Of a DNA stretch of 63,352 nt, positions 40,750 to 49,768 are shown one piece after another. Source of the stretch: Nanobdellota archaeon (GTDB taxonomy: Archaea; Nanobdellota; Nanobdellia; Woesearchaeales; GCA-2686295). A program made the position numbers and the translations under genes. The number at the start of each line of letters is the position of its first letter. Positions within the stretch are counted from its first letter, which is position 1. The notes under the pieces were generated by a model, which saw nothing but the letters and a program-made list of their open reading frames with translations, did no database searches and was not told where the DNA came from. Where the stretch lies: contig JAHIUF010000031.1 in assembly GCA_018817005.1 (NCBI GenBank), positions 1 through 63,352 on the forward strand. Direction: 5' to 3'.

Positions 40750-40959
40750 TTTGCTGAAAATCAAGAACTCCGCCCTAAACAAATAGAAATCAAAGATTTC
40801 TGTTGTGTTCATAAATTTATTATTCCACACAAAGAAAAAGAGCAGGCTATAGATTTTGTCAGAGAACTAATGAAACATCAAACGTACCAACAATTCAAAC
40901 AAACATTAAAAGAAATTGATTATTCTATAAAAACAAGAAACACCAAGATTTTTATATGA
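40750..40959 (+). pseudogene. start-less open-frame remnant containing a hairpin element
   Basis: Open for ~69 codons after an in-frame TAA, no 5' start; hairpin AATAGAAATC-AAA-GATTTCTGTT near 40780. Confidence 0.3.
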
Positions 40960-41578
40960 GCTCAACACGACAATCAGCTTGTTCTTTGAATTTCTCAGCA
41001 TCACTCTTTGTTCCTACAACAGAACCATAATGCATGGGTATTGCAAGTTTTGGATTAATCAATTTTACTGCTTGAACAGCTTCCTCTGCAGTCATAACAT
41101 ATGTTCCTGAAACTGGTAAAAGAGCAACATCGATATTTTTTAAAGACGACATTTCAGGTATTAAATCAGTATCACCCGCATGATATATCCTTACACCATC
41201 AATAGTTAAAACAACACCAATCCATTCATTTTCTTTTGGATGAAAAGATTTATTCAAGTTATATGCAGGAACTGCTTCAATACGCAAACCAAAAAGTTCA
41301 ACAATATCTCCTGGACGTACAAGAGTTACACTTCTAGCTTCAACTCCAGAAAGCTTACTTTGACAATCAGGAACTGTAACTATAATAGTTTTATCCCCTG
41401 AGATTTTCTTCACATCTGAAACACTGCAATGATCAAAATGATTATGAGTTATAATCACTAAATCTGCTTTTTCAAAATCCCCAAATAACTTATAAGGATC
41501 AACATAAACAATCTTTGTTCCTGTTATCTTAAAACTTGCATGACTTAAACGTTCAATCGAAATGTTCTCATATCTCAT
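40952..41578 (-). CDS. metallo-beta-lactamase-fold hydrolase
   Basis: THNHFDH, YHAGDT, IPMHY. Confidence 0.92.
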   Translation of the reverse strand: MRYENISIERLSHASFKITGTKIVYVDPYKLFGDFEKADLVIITHNHFDHCSVSDVKKISGDKTIIVTVPDCQSKLSGVEARSVTLVRPGDIVELFGLRIEAVPAYNLNKSFHPKENEWIGVVLTIDGVRIYHAGDTDLIPEMSSLKNIDVALLPVSGTYVMTAEEAVQAVKLINPKLAIPMHYGSVVGTKSDAEKFKEQADCRVELI

Positions 41579-41679
41579 TTTGGCACCTCAAGATTTAAAA
41601 AAAACGAAGTTCTTTTTAAATGTTTCTCAGAGAGAAAAAATCAAAACATTTATATATTCTTATGTCAACAATTAACTAG

Positions 41680-42240
41680 ATGGCAGAATCTGTTTTTAGA
41701 GGAACGATTGAATTTCTAAATGAAATAGGTATTTACGACGTAGTATTGCCCTTTCTTTTAGTCTTCACAATAGTTTTTGCCATACTTGAAAAAACCAAAG
41801 TTTATGGAGTTGAAGAAGTAGAAGGAAAAAAATATACTAAAAAGAATCTTAATGCAATGACTGCATTCGTAGTTTCTTTTTTTGTAGTTGCATCATCAAA
41901 GCTTGTAGAAGTTATTTTAAAGGTTTCATCGCAAGTTGTTGTACTGCTTCTTTTAAGCATATTATTCTTGATGCTTGCAGGATCATTCCATAAAGATGAG
42001 GAATTCTACTTACAAAAAGGTTGGAACACATTTTTCATGGTTCTTATGTTTATTGGAATAGTATTTATTTTTTTAAACGCACTCGGATGGCTTGATACTG
42101 CATATGAATTTTTAAGCGGTCGATGGGATACTAATGCAGTCTCAGCAATAATATTACTGGCTGTTGTCGTAGGATTCATGTTTTATGTCACAAGAGATTC
42201 AAACAGCGGCAAAAAGAAAAAAGAAACTAAGGAGGATTGA
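41680..42240 (+). CDS. conserved membrane protein, paralog 1
   Basis: VVLPFLLVFTIVFAILEKT; ~5 TM; TTTATATA at 41649. Confidence 0.85.
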   Translation: MAESVFRGTIEFLNEIGIYDVVLPFLLVFTIVFAILEKTKVYGVEEVEGKKYTKKNLNAMTAFVVSFFVVASSKLVEVILKVSSQVVVLLLLSILFLMLAGSFHKDEEFYLQKGWNTFFMVLMFIGIVFIFLNALGWLDTAYEFLSGRWDTNAVSAIILLAVVVGFMFYVTRDSNSGKKKKETKED

Positions 42241-42246
42241 TTTAAA

Positions 42247-42849
42247 ATGGCTACTTTACAAAATTACTTAATAACTTTAGAATATTGGGGCATCATGGAT
42301 GTAATTCTACCATTCATACTAATATTCACAATTATTTTTGCGGTTTTGCAAAAAACAAAGATTCTTGGTGATGGAAAAAAGAATTTTAACGTTGTAATAG
42401 CGCTGGTTATGGGTCTCGCAGTAGTAATACCTCATATCACAGGTGATTATTATGGTCTATACAGTAAAACTGGGTTTGATGTGGTGGAAGTTATAAATTC
42501 TGCTCTTCCAAACATATCGTTAGTTGCAGTGGCAATAATAATGTTAATGCTAATTATTGGCGTGTTTGGTGGAGAGGTACAAATTGCTGGAACATCACTT
42601 GCAGGATGGGCGGTATTATTTTCAATAGTCGCGGTTGCATTAATTTTTGGAACTGCAGGCGGTATTTTCAGAAATATCCCACCATGGTTATCATTTATAA
42701 GAAATCCAGAAACACAAGCACTGGTTGTTGTAATACTGGTCTTCGGAATACTTATATGGATGATAACAAAAGAGGATAAAGCAGAAAGCAAAGGATTCGG
42801 CAATGTCATGAAAGACTTGGGATCTGTGCTTAAAGGCAAAAAATCATAA
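42247..42849 (+). CDS. conserved membrane protein, paralog 2
   Basis: VILPFILIFTIIFAVLQKT; ~5 TM. Confidence 0.85.
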   Translation: MATLQNYLITLEYWGIMDVILPFILIFTIIFAVLQKTKILGDGKKNFNVVIALVMGLAVVIPHITGDYYGLYSKTGFDVVEVINSALPNISLVAVAIIMLMLIIGVFGGEVQIAGTSLAGWAVLFSIVAVALIFGTAGGIFRNIPPWLSFIRNPETQALVVVILVFGILIWMITKEDKAESKGFGNVMKDLGSVLKGKKS

Positions 42850-42866
42850 AAGAAAAAAAATAGAAC

Positions 42867-43436
42867 ATGGCAACATTCCTTGATGTAGGTATATTAGAAC
42901 ACTTTTCAGTAATTTTTATTTTCTTGTTAATTTTTGCTATAACTTACGCAGTTCTTACTTTTTCAAATCCCTTTGGAAAAGAAGCAAAAGGTCTTTATGC
43001 AATAATTGCTTTAGCCATTAGTTTCTTAGTTGTAAGATACAAACCCGCAATTCTTATGATTAACTTCATGACTCCTTGGTTCTTGGTTGCATTTTTATTC
43101 ATTTTTTTCATGCTGGTTATAATTGGCATGTTTGGCGGAGGTCAATTAAATCTTATAAAGCTTGTGAGTGATCCGCAAGTCTATATCTGGATAATTATTA
43201 TATCTGTAATAATACTTGTATTCGGATTATCACACACAATGGGTCAAACCCTTCTTGAAAGAGGGCCTGGAAATGAAACAGTATCTGGACAGATTGAAGC
43301 TGGAGGTTCCACTCAAACTTCAAGTTTTTCGCAAAATGTAGTTAACACTTTGTTTCACCCAAAAATTCTTGGAACACTTTTAATTTTTATGGTTGGTCTT
43401 TTCACGATAATTTTCTTAACTAAAATGCCAAAGTAA
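42867..43436 (+). CDS. conserved membrane protein, paralog 3
   Basis: IFIFLLIFAITYAVL; ~5 TM. Confidence 0.8.
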   Translation: MATFLDVGILEHFSVIFIFLLIFAITYAVLTFSNPFGKEAKGLYAIIALAISFLVVRYKPAILMINFMTPWFLVAFLFIFFMLVIIGMFGGGQLNLIKLVSDPQVYIWIIIISVIILVFGLSHTMGQTLLERGPGNETVSGQIEAGGSTQTSSFSQNVVNTLFHPKILGTLLIFMVGLFTIIFLTKMPK

Positions 43437-43462
43437 GAAAATAGAAAATTGTCTAAAAAAAA

Positions 43463-44116
43463 TTATTTTTTGTTTTTCATAACTTCTGTTATTCGAGAAA
43501 GATCATTAACATTATCAATAAAAACCGGTAAGACCTTAGAAAAAACTTTTTCCATGGCTTTTACTTCTGCACCAACATTGAGAATATTCTTATCATAATC
43601 ACCAATTTTACCAATTATTGCTTTGTGTAACTTATCAAAATTATCTTTTAAATCTTGAAATTGTTGCTCCATATTAGAAATCTTGGTTTCAGTTTTATTT
43701 TTCCAATCAATAACTTTTTTTATATCTTTTACAAGCTCATTCCATTTCTCTTCAATTATCGATTCTACAAGTTCTTCTGTTTGAATTGCTGATTGAGAAT
43801 TGAATTGTACTAGTGCTTCTTGAGGTGCAAAGTTTGGTTGTTGAGGGGGAAAATCATAATTCTGGTTTTGAATCTCTGGTTGATCAGAATAATGACTTAT
43901 ATCGCTTTGTGGATAATCATCTTCTTCATGAGTTGTTGGGGGCAGTTCAATCCTGTTTATGGCTTCAAATATTTGTTCAGAAGTGTAACCTGACCTTTGA
44001 AGAGTTTGAATTATTTGATTATTATCAAGTCCTTGTGCTTTCATTGATGAAACTTGATCAACAGGAATGTTATCTGTTTGAGTTTCTGGTGGTGGGTTTT
44101 TTCCAAAAAGTGGCAT
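43463..44116 (-). CDS. soluble protein: small helical domain, Pro/Gln linker, coiled coil
   Basis: IIQTLQRSGYTSEQI, EELVESIIEEKW, heptad repeats. Confidence 0.8.
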   Translation of the reverse strand: MPLFGKNPPPETQTDNIPVDQVSSMKAQGLDNNQIIQTLQRSGYTSEQIFEAINRIELPPTTHEEDDYPQSDISHYSDQPEIQNQNYDFPPQQPNFAPQEALVQFNSQSAIQTEELVESIIEEKWNELVKDIKKVIDWKNKTETKISNMEQQFQDLKDNFDKLHKAIIGKIGDYDKNILNVGAEVKAMEKVFSKVLPVFIDNVNDLSRITEVMKNKK

Positions 44117-44169
44117 TTTTAATCACGTAACTTTAAAAACTATACTACAAGGTATATAAATTTTTTTAT

Positions 44170-44598
44170 TTATTTATTAGTGTCAAATTTGTCTTGCTTG
44201 ATAAACCTTTCGAATTCATCTTTTGTAACAAAATTCATTGGTTGCCATAAATCAAGATATTTTTCAAGAACCTTAAAATCTGTTACTTTTACAACTTTTT
44301 CAAGTTCTACATACATCTGACTAATTTTTTGTAATAATTCAGCTAGTTGCTTTTTTAAGTCAAACATTTCTTGATTTATGAGTTTTAACTCATCATGAAT
44401 ATTTTTTTCAAAGTCTAAAAAGTTTTTATCAGACATTTGGGTTTTATTTCTAAGATTGCCATATCTGTCCTCAATAACTCTTAAACGAGAACCAACTTCA
44501 GTTATATTCTTTGAAATAGAATCAAGTTTGGGATTATCTTTTGGATTCGCTTTTTTTGTAGCAGAAAGATTATTGTTTTGTGGGGAGTCGTATTGCAT
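44170..44598 (-). CDS. coiled-coil protein divergent from the secretion ATPase
   Basis: RLRVIEDRY..., KYLDLWQPMNFVT. Confidence 0.8.
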   Translation of the reverse strand: MQYDSPQNNNLSATKKANPKDNPKLDSISKNITEVGSRLRVIEDRYGNLRNKTQMSDKNFLDFEKNIHDELKLINQEMFDLKKQLAELLQKISQMYVELEKVVKVTDFKVLEKYLDLWQPMNFVTKDEFERFIKQDKFDTNK

Positions 44599-44684
44599 TT
44601 TTAATAACAAAATTTATAAAGGTTTTATGCTGTTTTATTATAAGAAACAAGCTACATATAAATTTTTCGAACGGAGGTGGGTTT

Positions 44685-46982
44685 TTGGTCGATAATTTTA
44701 GTGATGCCTCTATAACTTATGAAACTCAGAGACAAGGAGAGGATAATATTCTGAAGATTGATTGTGAGAATTTAATTAAAATGCCCTCTATTGAGGATGA
44801 TGAATTCTTTATGGCAAAGGCTTGCGAACTCCTTGTTGAAAATAAAGGTGTTACGAAAATTGTTTTTACTCAAAAAAGGGATTATGAATATGATTATGCT
44901 CAAACTAACATTCTTTTAGAGATTGCACTACTTTATAATCAGCTCATAAAAAACAAGGAGCTTTTCAGCTATAATGCTTTAAAAAATTATGGTCTTAAAG
45001 GAAATCTTGAAAGATGGTATAATGAAGTTCATAATGTTATATTTAACATGTTAAAAAAAGATCCTGCTGGTTGCTACGTTACTCTTAAAAGAATTGTTAG
45101 ACGTGACATGATTGCGCTTGAAAAAACAGTGGATACAAAAGCCAAACAAGCACATAATAAATATTTAGAAATTTTGAAATATATTCTCAAACTTTTAGAG
45201 AATACAAAGCTTATAACCATTCTTAAACCCTATCTTGCCGGACACTCACCTGGAGATAGAGAAATTTATAGAAAAATCTTTAGTCCTTCAATAAAACCGG
45301 ATTTCATGTTTACAAAATTAATGGCCACTTATCCTAAACAAGCTTTAGAACTTGACAGTTACACTGTTGGTGATAATGAAATAATTATATTTGAACTTCC
45401 GGACACAATACAGTACTTATATCACATTGTTCCTCCAGAATTTCGTCTTGAAGAGGATGAATATGAACTACTTGATCTTGCAAGAGGTATACTTTCAGAG
45501 CACAAACCTGAAAAACAAGAGTTTGTAGATCCTGAACGTATGAGGGAAGTGTTTTCTAATGTTGGTCATGATCTTATTGAAGAATTAGCAAATTATCACA
45601 ATATTAAACTCACTCCAAAAAAAATTAATACCTTAACAAATATACTGATAAGATATACAGTGGGTTTTGGACTTATAGAGGTTCTTTTGGAGGATAAAAA
45701 AGTTCAAGACATAACTATAAACAGCCCTATGGGTCAAATACCTATGTTTTTAGTGCATCAAGATTTTGGAGATTGTCAAACAAACATTATTCCTACAGTT
45801 AATGATGGCGAATCATGGGCTTCAAAATTAAGACTTATTTCTGGAAGACCGCTTGATGAAGCAAATCCTGTTCTTGACACAGAAATATTTATTCCTGAAG
45901 TTGCAAATGCGAGAGTTGGTGTTATTGCACCACCATTAAATCCTTTGGGAATAGCTTATGCTTTTAGAAGACACAGGGATAAGCCATGGACTCTGCCTCT
46001 TTTTGTAAAAAATCGAATGTTAACACCTCTTGCAGCAGGAATTTTAAGTTTTATAATTGATGGGAGTAGAACATTACTTATTGCTGGAACTAGAAGTGCT
46101 GGAAAAACATCGCTTCTTGGCTCTTTGTTGATTGAAATTATGCGAAAATATCGTATAATAACTATTGAAGATACATTAGAGCTTCCAACAACTAGTCTTC
46201 GAAAGTTAGGTTATAATGTTCAACCGATGAAAGTAGCTTCTGCTCTTTCAAAAGGTAGTTCTGAAGTGCCTGCTGATGAAGGTATAAGAACCACCTTAAG
46301 ATTAGGAGATTCATGTTTAATTGTTGGTGAAGTTAGAAGCACAGAAGCTAGCGCTCTTTATGAAGCAATGAGGGTTGGAGCTCTCGCCAATGTTGTTGCA
46401 GGAACTATTCACGGCGATTCGCCTTATGGTGTATTTGACAGGGTTGTTAATGATTTAAAAGTTCCAAGAACGAGTTTTAAGGCTACAGACATAATTGTTG
46501 TTGCAAACCCTATTAAAAGTGCTGATGGTCTTCACAAGTGGCGTAGAGTAACGCAGATAAGCGAGGTTAGGAAGCAATGGGAGGATGATCCTCTTCGTGA
46601 AAATGGTTTTGTAGATTTAATGAAATACAATTCTAAAACTGATGAGCTCGAACCTAGTGATGCTCTTATAAATGGTGATAGCGAAATTTTAAAAGCAATT
46701 GCTGGAAATGTTAAAGAATGGGCTGGAAATTGGGATGCTGTTTGGGATAATATTCTTTTGAGAACTAAGATTAAGGAAGAATTAATTAATATTTCAGAAA
46801 AAGAAGGAAATCTTGATTTATTAGAAGCACCATTTGTAATTCAATGTAATGATGAATTTCATCGAATCAGCTATAAGGTTAAAGAGAAAAAAGGTGTTTT
46901 AGACTCTGATGCAATCTTTTTTGAGTGGTCTGAATGGGTGAAAAGAGAAGTGAAAAAACTCAATATTCAAAATGAAAAATGA
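44685..46982 (+). CDS. type II/IV secretion (type IV pilus-like) assembly ATPase
   Basis: GTRSAGKT, TIEDTLEL, LIVGEVR, GTIHG; TTG at 44685 after GGAGGTG. Confidence 0.9.
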   Translation: MVDNFSDASITYETQRQGEDNILKIDCENLIKMPSIEDDEFFMAKACELLVENKGVTKIVFTQKRDYEYDYAQTNILLEIALLYNQLIKNKELFSYNALKNYGLKGNLERWYNEVHNVIFNMLKKDPAGCYVTLKRIVRRDMIALEKTVDTKAKQAHNKYLEILKYILKLLENTKLITILKPYLAGHSPGDREIYRKIFSPSIKPDFMFTKLMATYPKQALELDSYTVGDNEIIIFELPDTIQYLYHIVPPEFRLEEDEYELLDLARGILSEHKPEKQEFVDPERMREVFSNVGHDLIEELANYHNIKLTPKKINTLTNILIRYTVGFGLIEVLLEDKKVQDITINSPMGQIPMFLVHQDFGDCQTNIIPTVNDGESWASKLRLISGRPLDEANPVLDTEIFIPEVANARVGVIAPPLNPLGIAYAFRRHRDKPWTLPLFVKNRMLTPLAAGILSFIIDGSRTLLIAGTRSAGKTSLLGSLLIEIMRKYRIITIEDTLELPTTSLRKLGYNVQPMKVASALSKGSSEVPADEGIRTTLRLGDSCLIVGEVRSTEASALYEAMRVGALANVVAGTIHGDSPYGVFDRVVNDLKVPRTSFKATDIIVVANPIKSADGLHKWRRVTQISEVRKQWEDDPLRENGFVDLMKYNSKTDELEPSDALINGDSEILKAIAGNVKEWAGNWDAVWDNILLRTKIKEELINISEKEGNLDLLEAPFVIQCNDEFHRISYKVKEKKGVLDSDAIFFEWSEWVKREVKKLNIQNEK

Positions 46983-49200
46983 TGATAAATCGTTTGAAAA
47001 ATTCAAGGAGAAATACCAAGCACGTATTAAATCAGAGTTTGATGGACGAACAGACAATTTAAGACCAATAAACTCGAGAGAGTATTCTGATTTTAAAAAA
47101 GAATATCTTCCTAAGCATTTAACAATTTATGAAAAGCTTTGTAATTTTTCTGAAAAGGTTGTTCAGATAAAACCTGACAAAAAAAAAATTCCTGAACTTC
47201 AAGAAGCAATTGATATCTGCCATTTAAATATAACACCTACTGGTACAACTAGTTTTGCGATTGTAATCCCTTTATTCATTATTATTATAGGTTTAATATT
47301 TGGATACCTTTTACCTTTTCTAATTTCAGGCGAAGCAGGATTATTTTTCTTATCCATATCTGTAATTATAGGTTTAAGTCTGATGGTGCCTTTAGGGAAA
47401 ATTCCTTTTCTTTTTTCTAATAACTGGCGTATGAAATCCAGCAACCAGATGGTTTTATGTATTTTTTATGTCGTAACACATATGAGGCACACTTCTAATC
47501 TAGAGCTGGCAATTGATTTTGCAGCCGAACACTTAACGCCCCCATTATCAATTGATTTAAAAAAAGTTGTTTGGGATATTGAAACTCAGAAGTTTAGTTC
47601 TATAAAAGAGTCTCTTGATACATATCTTGAATCTTGGAGAAAATGGAATCAGGAATTTATTGAAAGTATGCACTTAATAGAATCTTCCCTTTATGAAAAT
47701 TCTGAAGATAGAAGAGTTAACGCTCTTGATAAAAGTCTTTCAGTTATGCTTGAAGAAACCTATGAAAGAATGCTTCATTTTTCTCAGAATCTAAAATCTC
47801 CAATAACCACTCTTCACATGATGGGTATTGTTCTTCCAATTTTGGGTCTTGTTATTCTTCCTTTAGTTGTAAGCTTCATGTCAAATGTTAAATGGTATCA
47901 TTTATTTACTCTTTATAATGTTATTCTTCCTGGAGCGGTTTATTATATGAGTCGTATTATTCTTTCTAAAAGACCTACGGGCTATGGTGATTCTGATATT
48001 AGTCAAAAATTTTATGGTTTGCAAAAATATAAAAAAATATTGATTAAAATCGGCTCTTCAGAAATCAGAATTTCTCCTGCAATTCTGTGTTTTTTAATAT
48101 TTGGAGTGCTCTTTTTTATTGGAATTTCTCCTTTATTAATTCATCAAATGTTACCTAATTTTGATTGTAGCATTGGTTCTAGGGGTTTGTCTTGTTTACC
48201 TATGAGAAGTCATCCTGATGCAAAATATTATTTTCTTGGTTATCGTGATGAAATTATTGATGGTTACTCCACAGGAAAAATTGTTGGTCCTTTTGGTTTG
48301 GGCGCGACTCTTTTAAGTACTGGTATTCCTTTAAGTTTTGGTATTGCAATAGGACTTTTTTATAAGATTCGCTCAAAAAAACTCATTAAGATTCGTGAAC
48401 AAACAAAAAAACTTGAAGGGGAGTTCGCTTCTGCTTTGTTTCAGCTTGGAAACAGACTTGGCGATGGGTTGCCTGCAGAGATTGCATTTAGTAAGGTTGC
48501 AAAGATGATGGAAGGAACTCATTCTGGTAGATTTTTTGAAGATGTTAGTATGAATATTCAAAAGCTTGGGATGAGTGTAAAACAAGCTATTTTTGATGAA
48601 AAGTCAGGTGCCATAAACAATTATCCTTCACCAATAATTGAAAGTTCAATGAAAGTGCTTATTGAAAGTAGCAAAAAAGGTCCTATCATTGCAAGTCAAG
48701 CGCTGATTAACGTTTCTAGTTACATAAAAGACATGCATCGAGTTGATGAGCGTTTAAAAGATTTGATGGCTGATGATATTAGCAGTATGAAAGCTCAAGT
48801 TGCTTTTTTAACACCTGCAATAACTGGTATTGTTATTGGTATTACTAGTATGATTACTACAATTCTTGGTACTTTAACTGAGAAAATAACTTTGCTTACA
48901 ACTCAAGCTCAAGATGGGAGTGCAAATATGAGTTCTATTATGGGCATGTTTGGAACTGGTGTGCCTACTTATTTTTTTCAGATAATAGTTGGTTTATACG
49001 TTGTTCAAATCGTTTACATCTTAACTATTCTTATTAATGGTATAGAGAATGGTGCTGATAAATTAAGTGAGCGATACATGGTGGGAAACAATCTTTTTAA
49101 GACAACTATAACTTATTCTGTTATTGCGTTTATCATCATATTAATATTTAATATGATTGCAGGCAGTATTTTAACATCTGTTAGTATTAGTGTTACTTAG
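46972..49200 (+). CDS. TadC/PilC-like membrane platform protein (two T2SSF-like domains)
   Basis: Coupled to the ATPase; FASALFQLGNRLGDGLPAE; multiple TMs. Confidence 0.8.
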   Translation: MKNDDKSFEKFKEKYQARIKSEFDGRTDNLRPINSREYSDFKKEYLPKHLTIYEKLCNFSEKVVQIKPDKKKIPELQEAIDICHLNITPTGTTSFAIVIPLFIIIIGLIFGYLLPFLISGEAGLFFLSISVIIGLSLMVPLGKIPFLFSNNWRMKSSNQMVLCIFYVVTHMRHTSNLELAIDFAAEHLTPPLSIDLKKVVWDIETQKFSSIKESLDTYLESWRKWNQEFIESMHLIESSLYENSEDRRVNALDKSLSVMLEETYERMLHFSQNLKSPITTLHMMGIVLPILGLVILPLVVSFMSNVKWYHLFTLYNVILPGAVYYMSRIILSKRPTGYGDSDISQKFYGLQKYKKILIKIGSSEIRISPAILCFLIFGVLFFIGISPLLIHQMLPNFDCSIGSRGLSCLPMRSHPDAKYYFLGYRDEIIDGYSTGKIVGPFGLGATLLSTGIPLSFGIAIGLFYKIRSKKLIKIREQTKKLEGEFASALFQLGNRLGDGLPAEIAFSKVAKMMEGTHSGRFFEDVSMNIQKLGMSVKQAIFDEKSGAINNYPSPIIESSMKVLIESSKKGPIIASQALINVSSYIKDMHRVDERLKDLMADDISSMKAQVAFLTPAITGIVIGITSMITTILGTLTEKITLLTTQAQDGSANMSSIMGMFGTGVPTYFFQIIVGLYVVQIVYILTILINGIENGADKLSERYMVGNNLFKTTITYSVIAFIIILIFNMIAGSILTSVSISVT

Positions 49201-49327
49201 AAATTTTCTTATAAGTTTTTTCATCATTAAATTCAAGAAAATTATTGAGCGACACAATCAACACATAAATAAATAGCATAGAAATAAAATGTCTTATCTT
49301 TCTTTCGGGGTATTTTTTGAATTCCAT
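49193..49327 (-). pseudogene. 44-aa ORF, possible internally deleted gene remnant
   Basis: MEFKKYPERKIRHFISMLFIYVLIVSLNNFLEFNDEKTYKKISK*, starting 10 nt after tRNA-Phe. Confidence 0.35.
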
Positions 49328-49337
49328 TTTTGTAGAA

Positions 49338-49441
49338 TGGGAACGCTGGGATTTGAACCCAGGACACCTACGTTTCGACAGTATTTGAATGAATTCAAAA
49401 ACGCTTCAGCGTAGTGCTCTCCCAGTCTGAGCTACGTTCCC
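49338..49441 (-). tRNA. tRNA-Phe(GAA) with 30-nt intron (49374-49403)
   Basis: Acceptor GGGAACG/CGTTCCC; D-arm GCTC/GAGC; anticodon stem CTACG/CGTAG; loop CT-GAA-G; T-arm CTGGG-TTCAAAT-CCCAG. Confidence 0.93.
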
Positions 49442-49729
49442 TTATTCTACTTTTTCAATAGTTCCTTTTCTTCCAGTTGTGACTTGGAGGTTTCCTTGCC
49501 ACTCATTCACAGAAGCATCTTTTAAGTGAATTTTCATACCAACTTGTACTAAGTCTATTTGTTCATTCCAAAGTGTTAAGGTTATTTCTCCAGAGTTATC
49601 TTTTACTGTTGCACTAGCAACTCTTCCGGGTTTCCCAAATTTTTGGAATTCTCTAATAGGACCTATTTCTACAACGTCCACTTTTAATTCAACATCTGTC
49701 TGCTTTGCTTGTAGTTCTTTTATTTTCAT
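49442..49729 (-). CDS. single-OB-fold SSB/RPA
   Basis: KIKEL..V.VVE..REF..GRVA.A.VKD.SG.I.LTLW..VNEWQG. Confidence 0.88.
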   Translation of the reverse strand: MKIKELQAKQTDVELKVDVVEIGPIREFQKFGKPGRVASATVKDNSGEITLTLWNEQIDLVQVGMKIHLKDASVNEWQGNLQVTTGRKGTIEKVE

Positions 49730-49768
49730 GATAGTGAATGAAAAAACAGCATTCTTTTTTAAACTTTT

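Noticed and set aside
44685..49200. Archaellum (arlI/arlJ)
   Set aside because: No archaellins or arlF/G/H adjacent; the KaiC-like ATPase is ~18 kb away
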